Below are positions 48,815 to 62,197 of a stretch of DNA of 64,000 bases, in pieces. Under the pieces are notes generated by a model that had not been told where the DNA came from, did not search any database, and worked only from the letters and a program-made list of their open reading frames with translations. The DNA comes from Seison nebaliae. Its lineage: Eukaryota. Location of the stretch: contig JALJEE010000366.1 of the NCBI GenBank assembly GCA_023231475.1, positions 1 to 64,000 on the forward strand. Direction: 5' to 3'. A program made the translations under genes and the position numbers. The number at the start of each line of letters is the position of its first letter. Position 1 is the stretch's first letter.

Positions 48815-51800
48815 AATAAATAAATCAGAAACAATTTTATTTTTTACAAGTTTCTTAGTTATTTCAAAGGTCCAACAAATTTCATTCAATTGAGAATGGA
48901 AAACCTCTTCTAATGACGATTTCGTTGAGTCATCCGAGTAAATTGTTTTTCTGTTTGCCAGCAATTGTCCGTTGAGTGAAATGAAACGTAGTCCAAAAGA
49001 ACTAGAGGATTTTCTTCTGGAACGAATAGTGATTTCCTTCCTTCTTCTACATGCAAGTGTATGTTCAACAATGTTTACTTATCTGATTGAAAGAATCGTC
49101 AGAGTGAATAGACAATAGAATTCTTCAAGAGATGTCTTCCCTCGAATTATCTTTATAAAGAACACTTCATTCGACTTATCAAGAAATAATCTCTGATATC
49201 ATTTACTTTTAATACATTGTCTATTAAAATCGTGGAAGAGTGTAATTCTGTTCTCAAAATATTTTCAACTACGAATAAACTCTACTTTCAATTATTCAGT
49301 AATTGATAAATTTAATCTACTCAAAATATTGATGATAATTCAAACAGATATTAATCTCGTCATATATCATTGCCGTAGGAATAAATCATAGGAAAGATCG
49401 TTAAGCGTTTATACATTTATTATACTAAATTTATTCCATTGGGAATTCCAACTAGTAAACATTATATTTTATAAATGAATTCGGAAGGGTAGAATTTGTT
49501 GTAAATGAGAAGAATACAACTTCATATTATAAACTTTATATTATAAAGTGAATAATAATACATAATTATAAGAACCAGAAGTAATGGAGGTCATACACGT
49601 AATTGTTTATTTCACAATAAATCATTGGACATCAAGTCGTACAATGAGAAATTATTTTAATGTTCAATCAATATTCAAGTTCGTCGATTAGAATACGAAA
49701 CAACATTAGACATCGTCGTGTTCATCTTTTCAAAATCAAATTTTAAATGAATTATATGAAACATTCGATGTACAGGATCAAATTACAGTTCACGACCCTT
49801 TTATATTAACAACATACAATTATGTAGTTGTTCATTATCTCATAATAATCATCTTATAGTTTATTGATTATTATAAATATTAATTGATTTTCAATGATAG
49901 GATGTTCATATTCAAATTGTTAACTAATAGAATAATATCGAAATAAAAAAATTACGATAAATCTTCTTCATATTACGTTTCTTAAGAAAATATCAATTTA
50001 ATATTAATGTTTAATATAAAGTGTTTTTATTATTTATTTACTTCTATGATAATTATTAATTATCGTTTATGGATCGTTCAATATGATTGTTTGTTATATC
50101 ATCAACTACCAAACGAAGCTATATCAAAATTATTTGAAAATAATCATAAGAAAAAAGAAGTAACGTAGAGTTTCCTCAGCTGAAAATTAAGTTTTTTAAC
50201 GTAACATTATGTGGATGATTATGATATGAATTGTTCTTAAAAATAATGAAACAAAATTGAATCTATATCACTCCAACTTGTTAATTGTGTCGAATCACAG
50301 TATTTCTATTAAAGCGGTCTGATCTCTGCGTTTTTTTAATTTTCTCTATTAAATTGATCATACTTTATCGCTTAGGACAATTCGTCATTGTTATTATAAA
50401 TTTTCATGATAATTATTAAGATCGAGTAAAATATGATTGAAGTAAACAAAATAATAATAATATAATTGAAAAATCGAGAAGATTTCTTATGGATGATTTG
50501 TAGGAACAGTTTGGAAGAATGTAGGAAGAATGAAATTGTCCGCGAAATGTCATTAGAGGAAGTTCAGCTTCCTGTGGATTCTAGTCAATTATCATAAATA
50601 CTAAACAATTTTCTTTTAGACGGTTTACATTGATTTCAAATTCGAACTCATATGTTGGAGTTGTTTATATCAGGCGAAATTCGCAGGTATTTGTTAAAAA
50701 CTGTTTTTAGTCATCTGTTTAATAGTGACGTCTGATAATGTTTTGAATAAGCAGGTAATAATTGAATTAGAGTAGATCATTCTACTTCTTAATCGAACTC
50801 ACAGTCATGAAAGGTTTGGAGGGAATGTACTAGATAAAAAAATTTATTAACTGATCGTTATTATACAATCAAAAACATTATGGAAATCATAAAAATCAAG
50901 TACTATCATGACCTGGCTATTTCCGCCAATACGAATCTACCGATAATTATGATGATGTAAAAAACTCTATTCTCCCACTGTTTACTTTCGCTATTATTAG
51001 TGGAAACTCATTTATTTCAGTTGTATAAGTTTGAATCAAGATAACTGTCAGCAATAAGTACTTTTATCTGACGACATTATCACACTTATACAATATTTAT
51101 ATAATCAATAAACACTAATTAAATATACACACAATGACCGGCAACGTTCTCCAATATATCTATGTGCGTGTATTAACCTATTTGTCATAATGTTCATAAA
51201 TAAATATTTCAAGAAATGTTCTCATTCTTTTCTTCTTTATTATTTTCAAATAGATGAATTTCTTATATATTTCCCCTTTAAAAAATTGTTTTTCTATGTT
51301 TCTTTTACTTCGTACCAATTGCCATTTCCTTCATATTACCATATACTTATCGTTGTAAATTATTATTACTTCTTAAAAAAATTATTCGTAAGTTCACTAA
51401 ACTTATTTAATACGGTAGTAGTTTTTTTATTATTCCGATTTTTTTTATTTTTCCGATTTTATTTACCATAATATTCCGTTCTATGACTTTCGATTCTACT
51501 TCAGTTTACACTTCCAAATGTTACGTACAATTGTTATACGTATATTCAATAGTTGTCAAAGTTTAGTTTGATAATAAAATCATAGCTAGTTCCGCCGAAT
51601 AATTGTAATAAATTAGTTAATAAACTTTATTTATGGACGATTATCTGAAGAAAGACGACATTTTAAAGAATTGAAGATATGTTAATGAATTGGATGGTTG
51701 AAATAGGAATTGATGGAATTGGCGCTTTAATTTTATCGTCAATGCAAACGACCTCACATTTGACTCATAACATTAGAGTTTCTTATGTAAATGAATTGAG

Positions 51801-52850
51801 AAGGAAGGTAAGATTGAGAATTATATATGATAATGTAATATGTCCATTCATTATTTATATTCAGTTGAACGTAAATGAATTAATGTTCTATGCGTCAGGA
51901 GATTTTATTACACATAATCTTATGTAACATTAAAGGAAAATAAATGATTAATCGTAAAAATGATTCATAATTTATCATTCATTTTCTTTGTTCTGATTAG
52001 AGGAAACGGTTTTACTGAAGGGAAATTTGAAGAATCAATCGAATTTTTTGTTTGAAATAGAAAAATTTTTGTGATGAAGATTAATATGGATTGTAAGATT
52101 GATATGTTTCTTTCTAGACAATCGTCCACAATTCGAATATCCTAATTTCAATATAAAGACTAGTATCTTCCCTAAAACGGTTTCCGTTTTCTCTTTAATC
52201 TATTTTCCTATGAAATGAGAATTTTAAGTGACAGCTCAATTCTTAGTTTAATCCAAAATTTGAAAGGAAAAAAATTCATACAAAATTCTCTTTTTTCATC
52301 TTCGAATTGAAGTGATATGATTTGTTGTGAAGAGGAATATTTTATGTAAATAAATTGTGGAAGGAAGACTATTTGAGTTCGATACCTTCCTTGTCGGAAA
52401 AACGGGAAATTCTTTTAATTGAATTTTTGTGAGGGAACTAATTCTTGTGAAGAATTTTTTTGTGAATTGATTTGAATGAATAATAGAATTATCGTCCACA
52501 CTAATCACATATGATGATAATCATGATAATCATATTCATCATCGAACGTCGAATCGAATCAGGTTCTCTATCTTCTTAACGACCGAGTCGAGTAAGAAGT
52601 ATTGTGTTAATGATCAAAATTCGATAGACCAGATTCGATTATTCGGATTAGAATAGAAGAAGAATTTATGTTTATTATCATACATCTTGATAATTCTTTT
52701 CAATATTGTTGATGAAGATGAATATTTATTTTTCCACTTATTATGGTGAGTGTTTGAGGAGGTGAAGAATGATGATGAAGTGAAAATAGTAACGTTTCTT
52801 CTCCCACATTCGTTAGAGAGACAGTGAGTAAATGGATGAACAGATATTTG

Positions 52851-52878
52851 AATGAATGAATGAATGAATGAATGAATG
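52851..52878 (+). repeat. (AATG)7 microsatellite containing the spectraplakin start codon
   Basis: Read directly; the in-frame ATG is at 52872. Confidence 0.85.
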
Positions 52879-54642
52879 ATAATGAAATGGAAGAGAATTT
52901 GAATATAAATCAACAAATATCATCAGTGATGGGAAGAATGACAGGAAAGGAAAGTTCGTCAATGATCGGGATGAATGAGTCGATGGGGGAGCGATGGAGC
53001 GTAGTGAATTCAAAAGAATATTTTTATGCGAAAAAAACGAATCGAGACGTGACAATTCGAAGCGCGAAAGACTATGTTCGAAAGAAGATCGTTATCGAAA
53101 CATCGTCGAGACGAGGAGGGAACGTGAATTTGAATGTTAAGCTGAATCATCCTAATAATTTGAGTAAGAGTCAAGTGAATGAAGATAGAGATAAAAATTC
53201 ATCTTCCCATATCAACATCATAAAGAAGGAGAATTCGTTCGATAATTATAAAAATAATAAATCGTGTATTATTGAAAATAATAAATATTCGAATGGTCAA
53301 CCTCATTCTTATCATCAACATTCTCATATAAATATTATTAATAATAATATAAAAAAGAAAAAAAATTATTATCGAACAAATAAATCAGATATACACTCCA
53401 CTAACCAACATTATCACCATCATCATCATCAAACTAATAGCGACAACAACAGAGATAAATATATTCTTACCTATAATCGTGTGGGAGAGAATAGTGACAT
53501 AGAAACACAGAAGAAGAAGAAGAAGAAGAAAGAAGTAGAATATATCGATACAAGTAGAATTAATACAAGTACATGTACATTCGACAATTATACTGCAAAT
53601 AAAGATGTCGGTAATGTGATTGATGAGAATCATAAAACGAATCAATTAACTGATAAGAAGAGAGTGAATAAGAATAATTATCAGAAGAGGACGACGAATA
53701 ACTCGTCAAGTTTTAGTGAAGAACATCAAGATAATTTTCCATCTCAATCTTCTCGTTCGTTAAAATCTCATTTGAAATTGAATGTTGATGTAAATTCGAT
53801 TAATTTCCAAAAGTTCTCTTCATATTCTGCATCGGCATTCTATTCCACTCATCCCAATAATCTTGTTACATCATCTGAAATATTGCCACTCCCAACTACT
53901 CTAACGACATCAATACCTACAGATCGAACAAATAATTCGATTGAACATACTATTAATAATAATCATCATCAAATTCGTCATCAAATCAATTCGTCTGTAC
54001 CGTCAACTTCAACATTATCTTCATTTGTTTCAACTAGATCGTCATCATCAGTTTCTTTATCTCCCTTATCCATCACCAACAACATCTCCATATCGTCGAC
54101 GAGTTCGAATTGGAGAGAAAAGAAATTGAGATTATTATCACGATCTAATGTTTCAATCGTCTCTTGCGGAAGTAACGGTAATACTGCCACCAGTCATTTA
54201 GTAAGTGAGAATAACGACGATCTAATTCGATTGGAAAATGATGAGAGAAGAATTAATTCTTATACAAAAATTTCGATAAATTCTGAGAAGAAACGGAAGA
54301 AACATCAAAATGAACAGTTTTATACGAGTGAATCCTTTAATCATTATCCCACCACGTCGCAAGTGAAGAAGTTGAAAGAGAATTTATTACCATCTCAACC
54401 CATCATAATCGATTATTCTCATACGCAAGAAATACCAAACAATTCCCACAATTCAACGAAGAAGACGATGTATTCTGAACGAATCTCTTCCATGACCAAT
54501 GGAACATTAAAGAGAACACGTCAATCTCAACCATTCGTCTATAAACATGGAACATCACAAAATAAGACTGATAATAATACATCTCTCGTTCCATCACTTC
54601 CAACAAATAATACTCAATCAGAAACACATATCAACAACACCA

Positions 54643-54678
<36 letters not shown>

Positions 54679-57600
54679 GATTATCAAATAATCGATCATA
54701 TTATTCAGATAAATTGAATTATACAACTAATCTAACATATCTTCAACAGCAACAACAACAACAACAACATTCGTCATCCATACCATCAGATGGTAAGAAG
54801 GAGACTTTACAAATCCTTCAATTAGATGCAGCTGATCGTGCCGTATTGAAAGTAGCAGAGGAGAGAGATGCAATTCAAAGGAAAACCTTTACCAAATGGA
54901 TCAATAAACATTTGAGGAAGCAGAATTGTCAAATCAGTGACATCTTCCACGAATTGAGAACAGGTGTTCGTCTTTTGCAATTATTAGAGATATTGTCCGA
55001 TGTACATCTCCCGAGAGAACGAGGTAACATGCGTTTTCATCATTTGAACAATGTCCAAAGATGTTTATCATTTCTCGAATCGAATAATATCCGTTTAGTC
55101 AATATGCATGCTGACGAGATTGTTGATGGAAATGGAAAATTGACATTAGGATTAATTTGGACAATTATTCTTCATTTTCAAATTTCGGATATTATTGTTA
55201 AAATGAAAGCGAATCATGCCATCCTCCAACAACAACAACAACAACCAAATTTAACAAAATTAGAAATTTCATCAAAATCTTCTCTCAATTCTCAAAAACA
55301 AAAATCGACATCATCAATTACACGAATTGAATCCATCATTAATCCTTCCCAACTAACAACAACAACAAAAATAGAACCAAAATTAGAAAAGAATGAATTA
55401 AATGTCACAATAAAATCAATAAATTCAAATGAAAATTCATCTCCTAATTTGAAAGTTATTCAATCTACCTTATCCAATGACAACAACAACAACAACAACG
55501 ATAATAAAAATAATGGAGAAGATAAGAAGAAAGTTTTAACTTCATCAGTTTCAACTCCAAGTGCATCAGCTGTAGCAGCTGAAGCAAGAGCAGCTTTATT
55601 GGATTGGGCAAGAGAGAATGTAGACGGATATTCGAATATCACTGTTAATGATTTCGCAAGAAGTTGGAGAAATGGTCAAGCCTTTCTTGCTATTCTCCAT
55701 CGACAGAAACCGGAATTATTTACATTAAAACGATATGGGGAATTTGAGAAATGTTATAACCGTTCATCGATAGTCAATCTTCAATTGGCATTTGATATTG
55801 CCGAAAAAGAGTGGAATGTTACAAAGTTATTAGATCCGGAAGATGTTGATACGGATCATACTGATCCCCGATCATTGATGACCTATATCTCATTATTATA
55901 TGAAGTGATGCCAACGGTACCGATGCATCCATATGAGAAAGAAAGAACAGAAATGTTGAAGAAGTTGAATAAAGATTATTTGAGAATTGGGGAAATACTC
56001 CATTCTAGTATCGAGAAGAGATTCCTCGATTTTTATGAAAAGGAGAAATTATTCGATGAATCAATTCCCAAAATGGAGACGATGGGAAAATTGATTAAGA
56101 GATTGTATAAAGAATTGAATGAATTAAAGAATCGTGAGGATTATTATAAGAATGATCTCCCGAGAATGAGAAGAGATTTAGTAATGCTCTATGTTCAAAT
56201 TAAAAAGATTTCAACGAAAAAATGTTCGATAAAAATTCCTGATCATTTAATGATTGAAGAATTGAATGGTCAATTAACTAAATATGAACAACTTACAATA
56301 TCAAAAGAATTTTCATTAATGGAACGAATTCGTGAACTTCAAGAATTGGACAATACTCAACATATCGATCAACCATTACGATCATTACGTAATAAATGGG
56401 AGAAGGAATGTTATTATCCAATGAAAGAGATGATGGATGGAATTGTTGATAATCGCCAAACGGAATCGATTGATTATGATCATTTGAGGAAGGCAGTCGA
56501 ACAATTTAATGAGAAGAAGAATGAAATAAATGATGAGGCGAATACGATTAGTGATGACATTCAATCACTTCGTGAACAATATGAGAATGTTTTGAGTAAA
56601 GAATATAAAATGTTAATCGATAAACGAATGGAATTATATGAATGTCAATTGAAATGGATCGTTAAAGAATTATCAGAATTTGAAGAATTAATTCATGAGA
56701 ATTTAGTGAAACGATTACATGATATGGAGAAGAATGCGATAAATAGTCGAACGATTTATTTGGAGAAAATTGAAATGATTCGTCAATATCTTCAATCAAC
56801 AAATGATGAAGTTATCAAGAAATATCCGATAAAATTCATTGAGAATGATCGACAAAAATCTCATGAGCAATTAACGTGTTATTTTACATCAACTGATGTA
56901 TTGAATGAAGAATTGGAAGAATTGAATAAAAAACAAAATGAATTTGATCATTTTATTCGATTGAATATTGATGTGGTCGATTTCTTCCAATCAACTGATC
57001 ATCGATTAATTGATATCAATAAAGAGAAGTTAACACAATTTCTGGAAGAGAATAAATCTTATTTCATTCATCCAAAACATCATTCATCGAATGATCGTGT
57101 CAGTTCGAATGCAACAAAATTTCTCACTTCCATCACGAAAATCGTCGAATTGCACAACTCCATTCGACATACTCTCCAACAACGAATAAAACATAAAAAT
57201 CAATTAACGAAATTCTTATCTGATTTCTTATCATTACTCTCATGGATTCATGGTCATATTCGTGAAGAGAACGAACGAGATTGGGCGTCATTTATTCTCC
57301 GTCCACTTCCATCCAATTCCATCACTAATTTCATTACTAATCAATCGTCTTCTTTGTCCATAACGAATTCGATGCAATTACCCAAATCTACTAGTAATCG
57401 AAATAATTTAGATAAAACATTATCAATGATAACAACAACAACAACAGCAACTTCATCGATTAATCCGTCGAATTTGATGACAGTATCAGGAAATTTATCA
57501 TCATCATCTTCACTCAATAATAGTCATAATAGAATGAGTTCATTAAATTATTCGAATCATTTCGATTCATTCGAAAAGATTAATGAATCGAAAATTCTTC

Positions 57601-60600
57601 AAACTTTAATTCAAAATTCTACATCAAATCGATCCGCTATTATTCGACATTTGCAATTGTTGCGAAAAGAATTCAAACATCAGAAACAAATCGATTTTGA
57701 AAGTGTGAAAAAGATGGCACACGATCTCTTAAATGAACATCATCCTAATTCCATATTAATTTCTTCATGTCTCCGTTTGTTGAGGAATGATTGGTTAGAA
57801 TTATATAATTATATCTTCAAAGTTGACGAAAGACATTTGAATGAATTGAAGAAATTTATTGAATTGATTAAGAAACTTTATGATTGTTCTGATTGGATTC
57901 AATGTCAACAAACCAATTTGAATCAAATGCAATTAACAAATCCATCTAACGATAATGATAATGAAAAATATTGTGTGGATATTAATGAGAATATGATGAA
58001 GATATCAGAAAAAGATTCCACAATTACTTCCATGACTGGCAATTCTCAAATATCATTAAAATTGATGGAAGATAATTTATTAGAATTGAGTGGAATTCGA
58101 ACGAAATTAAGAGAATTCTGGTTCCCACGATTGAATAAAATTCGTCGTGAAACTGAAGAATTAGCCTCACCATTATATTTGAGACAAGATGGATCAATTA
58201 ATCAGAATGTTCAACCAACTCATATTTCACTCCAATTGGCAAATGGACAAACGATAAAAATTGCTGATGGATTATGTGAATTGATCGATATAGAAATTTT
58301 GACAAACGTTCGAAAATATTCTCTTTTGAATATGCCGATTTTACCGAGAAATTTGTCTGATAATAAACCATCATATTCCAACAGCCGAAATGATGATGAA
58401 TTTCAGGAAAGAAAACGGAAATTTGTGGAGCAAATTAGTGAAATTTATTCAGGTGAACGAAATGAAGATCATGAGGAGAATAAGAAGATTGTAACACAGG
58501 GCACTAAAGGACAATTGGTGTCGAATGAATATGGAATTGACAAGTGGCTCGTTCAGATAGAATCGGGACAACAATTATATTTACCTGGAAATAAAATGTA
58601 TCTGAAATCATCGAATAGTTTATTGTTGAAATATATTGATGATTTATATGAGGAAATGAATCTGCTCATCAATCAAATTATTCAAATGCATACATCTATC
58701 AAATTCGAAGGTATTCAGCAAACATTAAATTACATTAACAGTGAATGGAACGAGAATAAATTTAGTGAGAATTTCAATACACTTCAATATTTTAACGAAC
58801 TATTCCCTCAATTGGAGATTGAGGAAAATGATTTAATATTAGCCAAATTATCTCCAACCATTTCTCGAATAAACGAAAAACAAATTAATAATTGTCAACA
58901 AATTTTGTTGACGATTGACGACGATATTGATCAATTGAAGAAAGAATTGAATGAGAATAATTCCAATCAATCAATAATGAATAATAATAATAATAATAAT
59001 GATAACAAATTAAAATATGAGAAATTGACATCATTGGAATGGAAAGCGAAAACGACATTTAGTCGATTGGAGAAACAGTTTGAAGAAGAGGAGAAATATG
59101 ATAAATCATTTGATCAGTTTATTCAACAACTGAGGAATTTGGAGCATCGACGGATTGAAGACGAACGTAAAAGAGAAGAAGAAAGTCAACGATTGTTGGA
59201 AGAAGAAGAAAGGAAACGAATCGAATTGGAAAGAGAAATGGAGAAGAAGAGAATTGAAGAAAAACGAAAATTAAAAGAAGAACAAGAAAGAAAATTGAGA
59301 GAAGAAGAAAGAAAATTAAGAGATGAAAAAGAAAGAAAATTGAGAGAAGAAGAAGAAGAAAGAAAATTGAGAGAAGAAAAAGAAAGAAAATTGAGAGAAG
59401 AAGAAGAAGAAGAAGAATTGAGATTGTTAGAAGAGGAAAGATTAAGGTTAATTGCAGAAGAGAATGAGCGTTTAGAAGAAGAACGTAAACTATTTGAAGA
59501 ACAAGAGAGAATTCGAAATGAAAAGAAAGAAGAGGAAGAAAGAATTCGTTTGGCGATAGAAGAACAAAAGAAAATTGAAGAAAAGGAAAAAGTGGAAAAA
59601 AGAAGATTGTTAGAAGAGAAAGAAATATCATTTGAAAATGGAAAAGATAATGGAAAGTTGAATGATCAGAATGAGATTGATGATGATGAAATTTCCGATG
59701 AAAGGAAACATAAAACATCATCATCATCGTCTCAAAATGAAATATATTCGAATAAGGATGATGAATCACATTTGATAAGTTTGTCGGAGGATACTGATAC
59801 TCAGATACAGCCTCATATTGAAAAAAAAGAAGAAGAAAAACGTCGTCTGGAGTTTGAAGAAGTAGAGAATCGTATTGAATTGGAAGAGAAATGGAAAGAG
59901 ACTCGAATAAACAAGGGAGAAGATGAGAAGAATGGTGATAATGATGATATTGAATCATTGCCAGAATCATCACTTGTCTCATCTTCAGGTATTGAAAAGT
60001 CGTTGAATGATGATGATTTGAAGGAGTCAGATAATCAGCTTGATCATTTGAAAAATGAATCCAATTTATTTCAGATTGAAAATACATCACTTATTCCAAC
60101 GTCATCAACAAATGGAACGGAATCGATGAATCGATTATCGAATGAAATCGATGAATTATGTGATCAGAGTAAACAAATAATGGATGCTGTCCGTTCATCT
60201 TCTAACGAACATTTAGATACGATGGATAGTCGAAGAGATTCATCTGAATCCGACAAAATTGTCTTGTCTTATATGCAACAATTGGAGGATGATCAACAAG
60301 AGCAGTTGGAGGAAGAACAATTGAAACATCTTCAAGAATTGGAAGAGGAAACGAAGAAATTGGAAATGCTCCAAAATGAAATGTTGAACGAGAAAGAATC
60401 GAATGAAGGAAAAGTAATGGAGAAAATTGTTGAAGGAGCGAAAACTGGTGGAATGATTCTTGGAGGAGTGATTGCAGCACCAGCAATTCTTGGAGTGATG
60501 GCCGTTTCAAAAATTAAAGATAAAATTAATGAGAATAAAATGGAAAAAGAAAATAAAAAGAGAATGGATGAAGAAAATCGATTATCAATCTCATCTAATA

Positions 60601-62155
60601 ACAGTCCGTTAATTTTAAATAATTCGAAAGAATGTGAACATCGTGAAATTATAAATATAAATGATATTGAATTTGATCGAATTAATATTGGAGAAGACAT
60701 TCATCAGGAATCGGATGAAAGTGAAAAATCGGAAAATAAATTTGAAGGTTCATCTTCAGATAAAATGGAAGAAGATAATATGAATGATAATCATGAAATG
60801 GATAATCATGAAATGGATAATCAATCCGATCATTCGATTGATGATGAGAATTTATTGGATAAATTGAGAGTTGATAATGATTCGATGAATTTCTTCGAAG
60901 GAGAAATGAAGAATGTTATCGATAAGAAGAATGTTGATAATATCGATAATTTGAATCAATCGACATTGACAGATATATGTGAAGAATTGATGAATAATGA
61001 GGAAGATATCCGAAATAAACTGGAAAAGAAAAATCGAGAAGTCTCTAAAAATAGACAGTCGATTAATGAAAATGATCATAATACAAATGATGATGATAAT
61101 GATGATGATGTTGGAGGAGATGTTGATATTAATCAATATATTACAACGGGTGACGAAATTAATGAATTACAAAATCATCAAATAGAAGAATGTGACGAAA
61201 TAGAGAATAATTCGATTGAAAATGATTATGAAAACGGAATAACCAATCTCATAATGACGAGAGATGATGGAAGTAGAATATTGGAAGATGATCTCCAACA
61301 AGATGAAGAAGATGAAGAAGATGAAGAAGATGAAGAAGATGAAGATGATAATTTGGTACCGGATGATTTGTGTTCATATATTCATGGAATTCAAAAAGAA
61401 ATGATGCAAACAAATGACGAATTCGATCGATTAACAAACGTTTTGGATGATATAAATGATCGGACAGTTATCGAACGAAAACATTTGATGAGTGAAGTAT
61501 CGAGTGTTGTGGATAGTAATTATGGGAATAATGATCAAAGTCAAGAGATGAATGATGAGTTGTTACGTGAATCGGAATGTATTGGTTTATTGAAGAATCT
61601 TCTGAAAGAATTTGAAGAGGAAATGAATTTGAGACGTCGACAAACGGGAGAATTGGAAATGAAGGTTTTCGAACCGATCAGTTCTTATTCAGAGAAGAAT
61701 GAAGAGATGAAGAAAGAGTTGGAGATTATGAAAATTCAACAAATGAAAGATTGGCAATTAAAATTGGCTCTACTTCATAAGAGGACTCAACAATTATTAC
61801 CGTTGATTGCCGAGAAGAATGAGAAATTGAGAGATGTGATGGAGGAGAATATTCATAATGAGAATACTTCCGATTTATTGACCACAGTTAATTCATTGTC
61901 GATTGAACAACAAAAACTGTTGGGAGAAACGACAGCGTTCGATGCTTGTTTAAATTCTCATAAACAATTAGAGAATTTATATAATGCATCAAATCAAATG
62001 ATCGATGAGAGAATTGATTTCCTTTCTCATTTGATTGAACAACTCGATCGATTTTGGAAGAAGCGATCTCAATTGAATGAAGAATTCCAATCGATTTCGA
62101 ATGAATTGAAAAAAGAAACAAATGAAGTTCATTTTAATCCAATTCTTAATGAAAA

Positions 62156-62197
<42 letters not shown>

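Noticed and set aside
48758..52800. Short ORFs in the long intergenic region
   Set aside because: No recognisable motifs or consistent splice model; treated as non-coding or regulatory.
59119..62121. Hydrophobic minus-strand ORFs (for example 59119-60090, 323 aa)
   Set aside because: Antisense shadows of the purine-rich spectraplakin coding strand.
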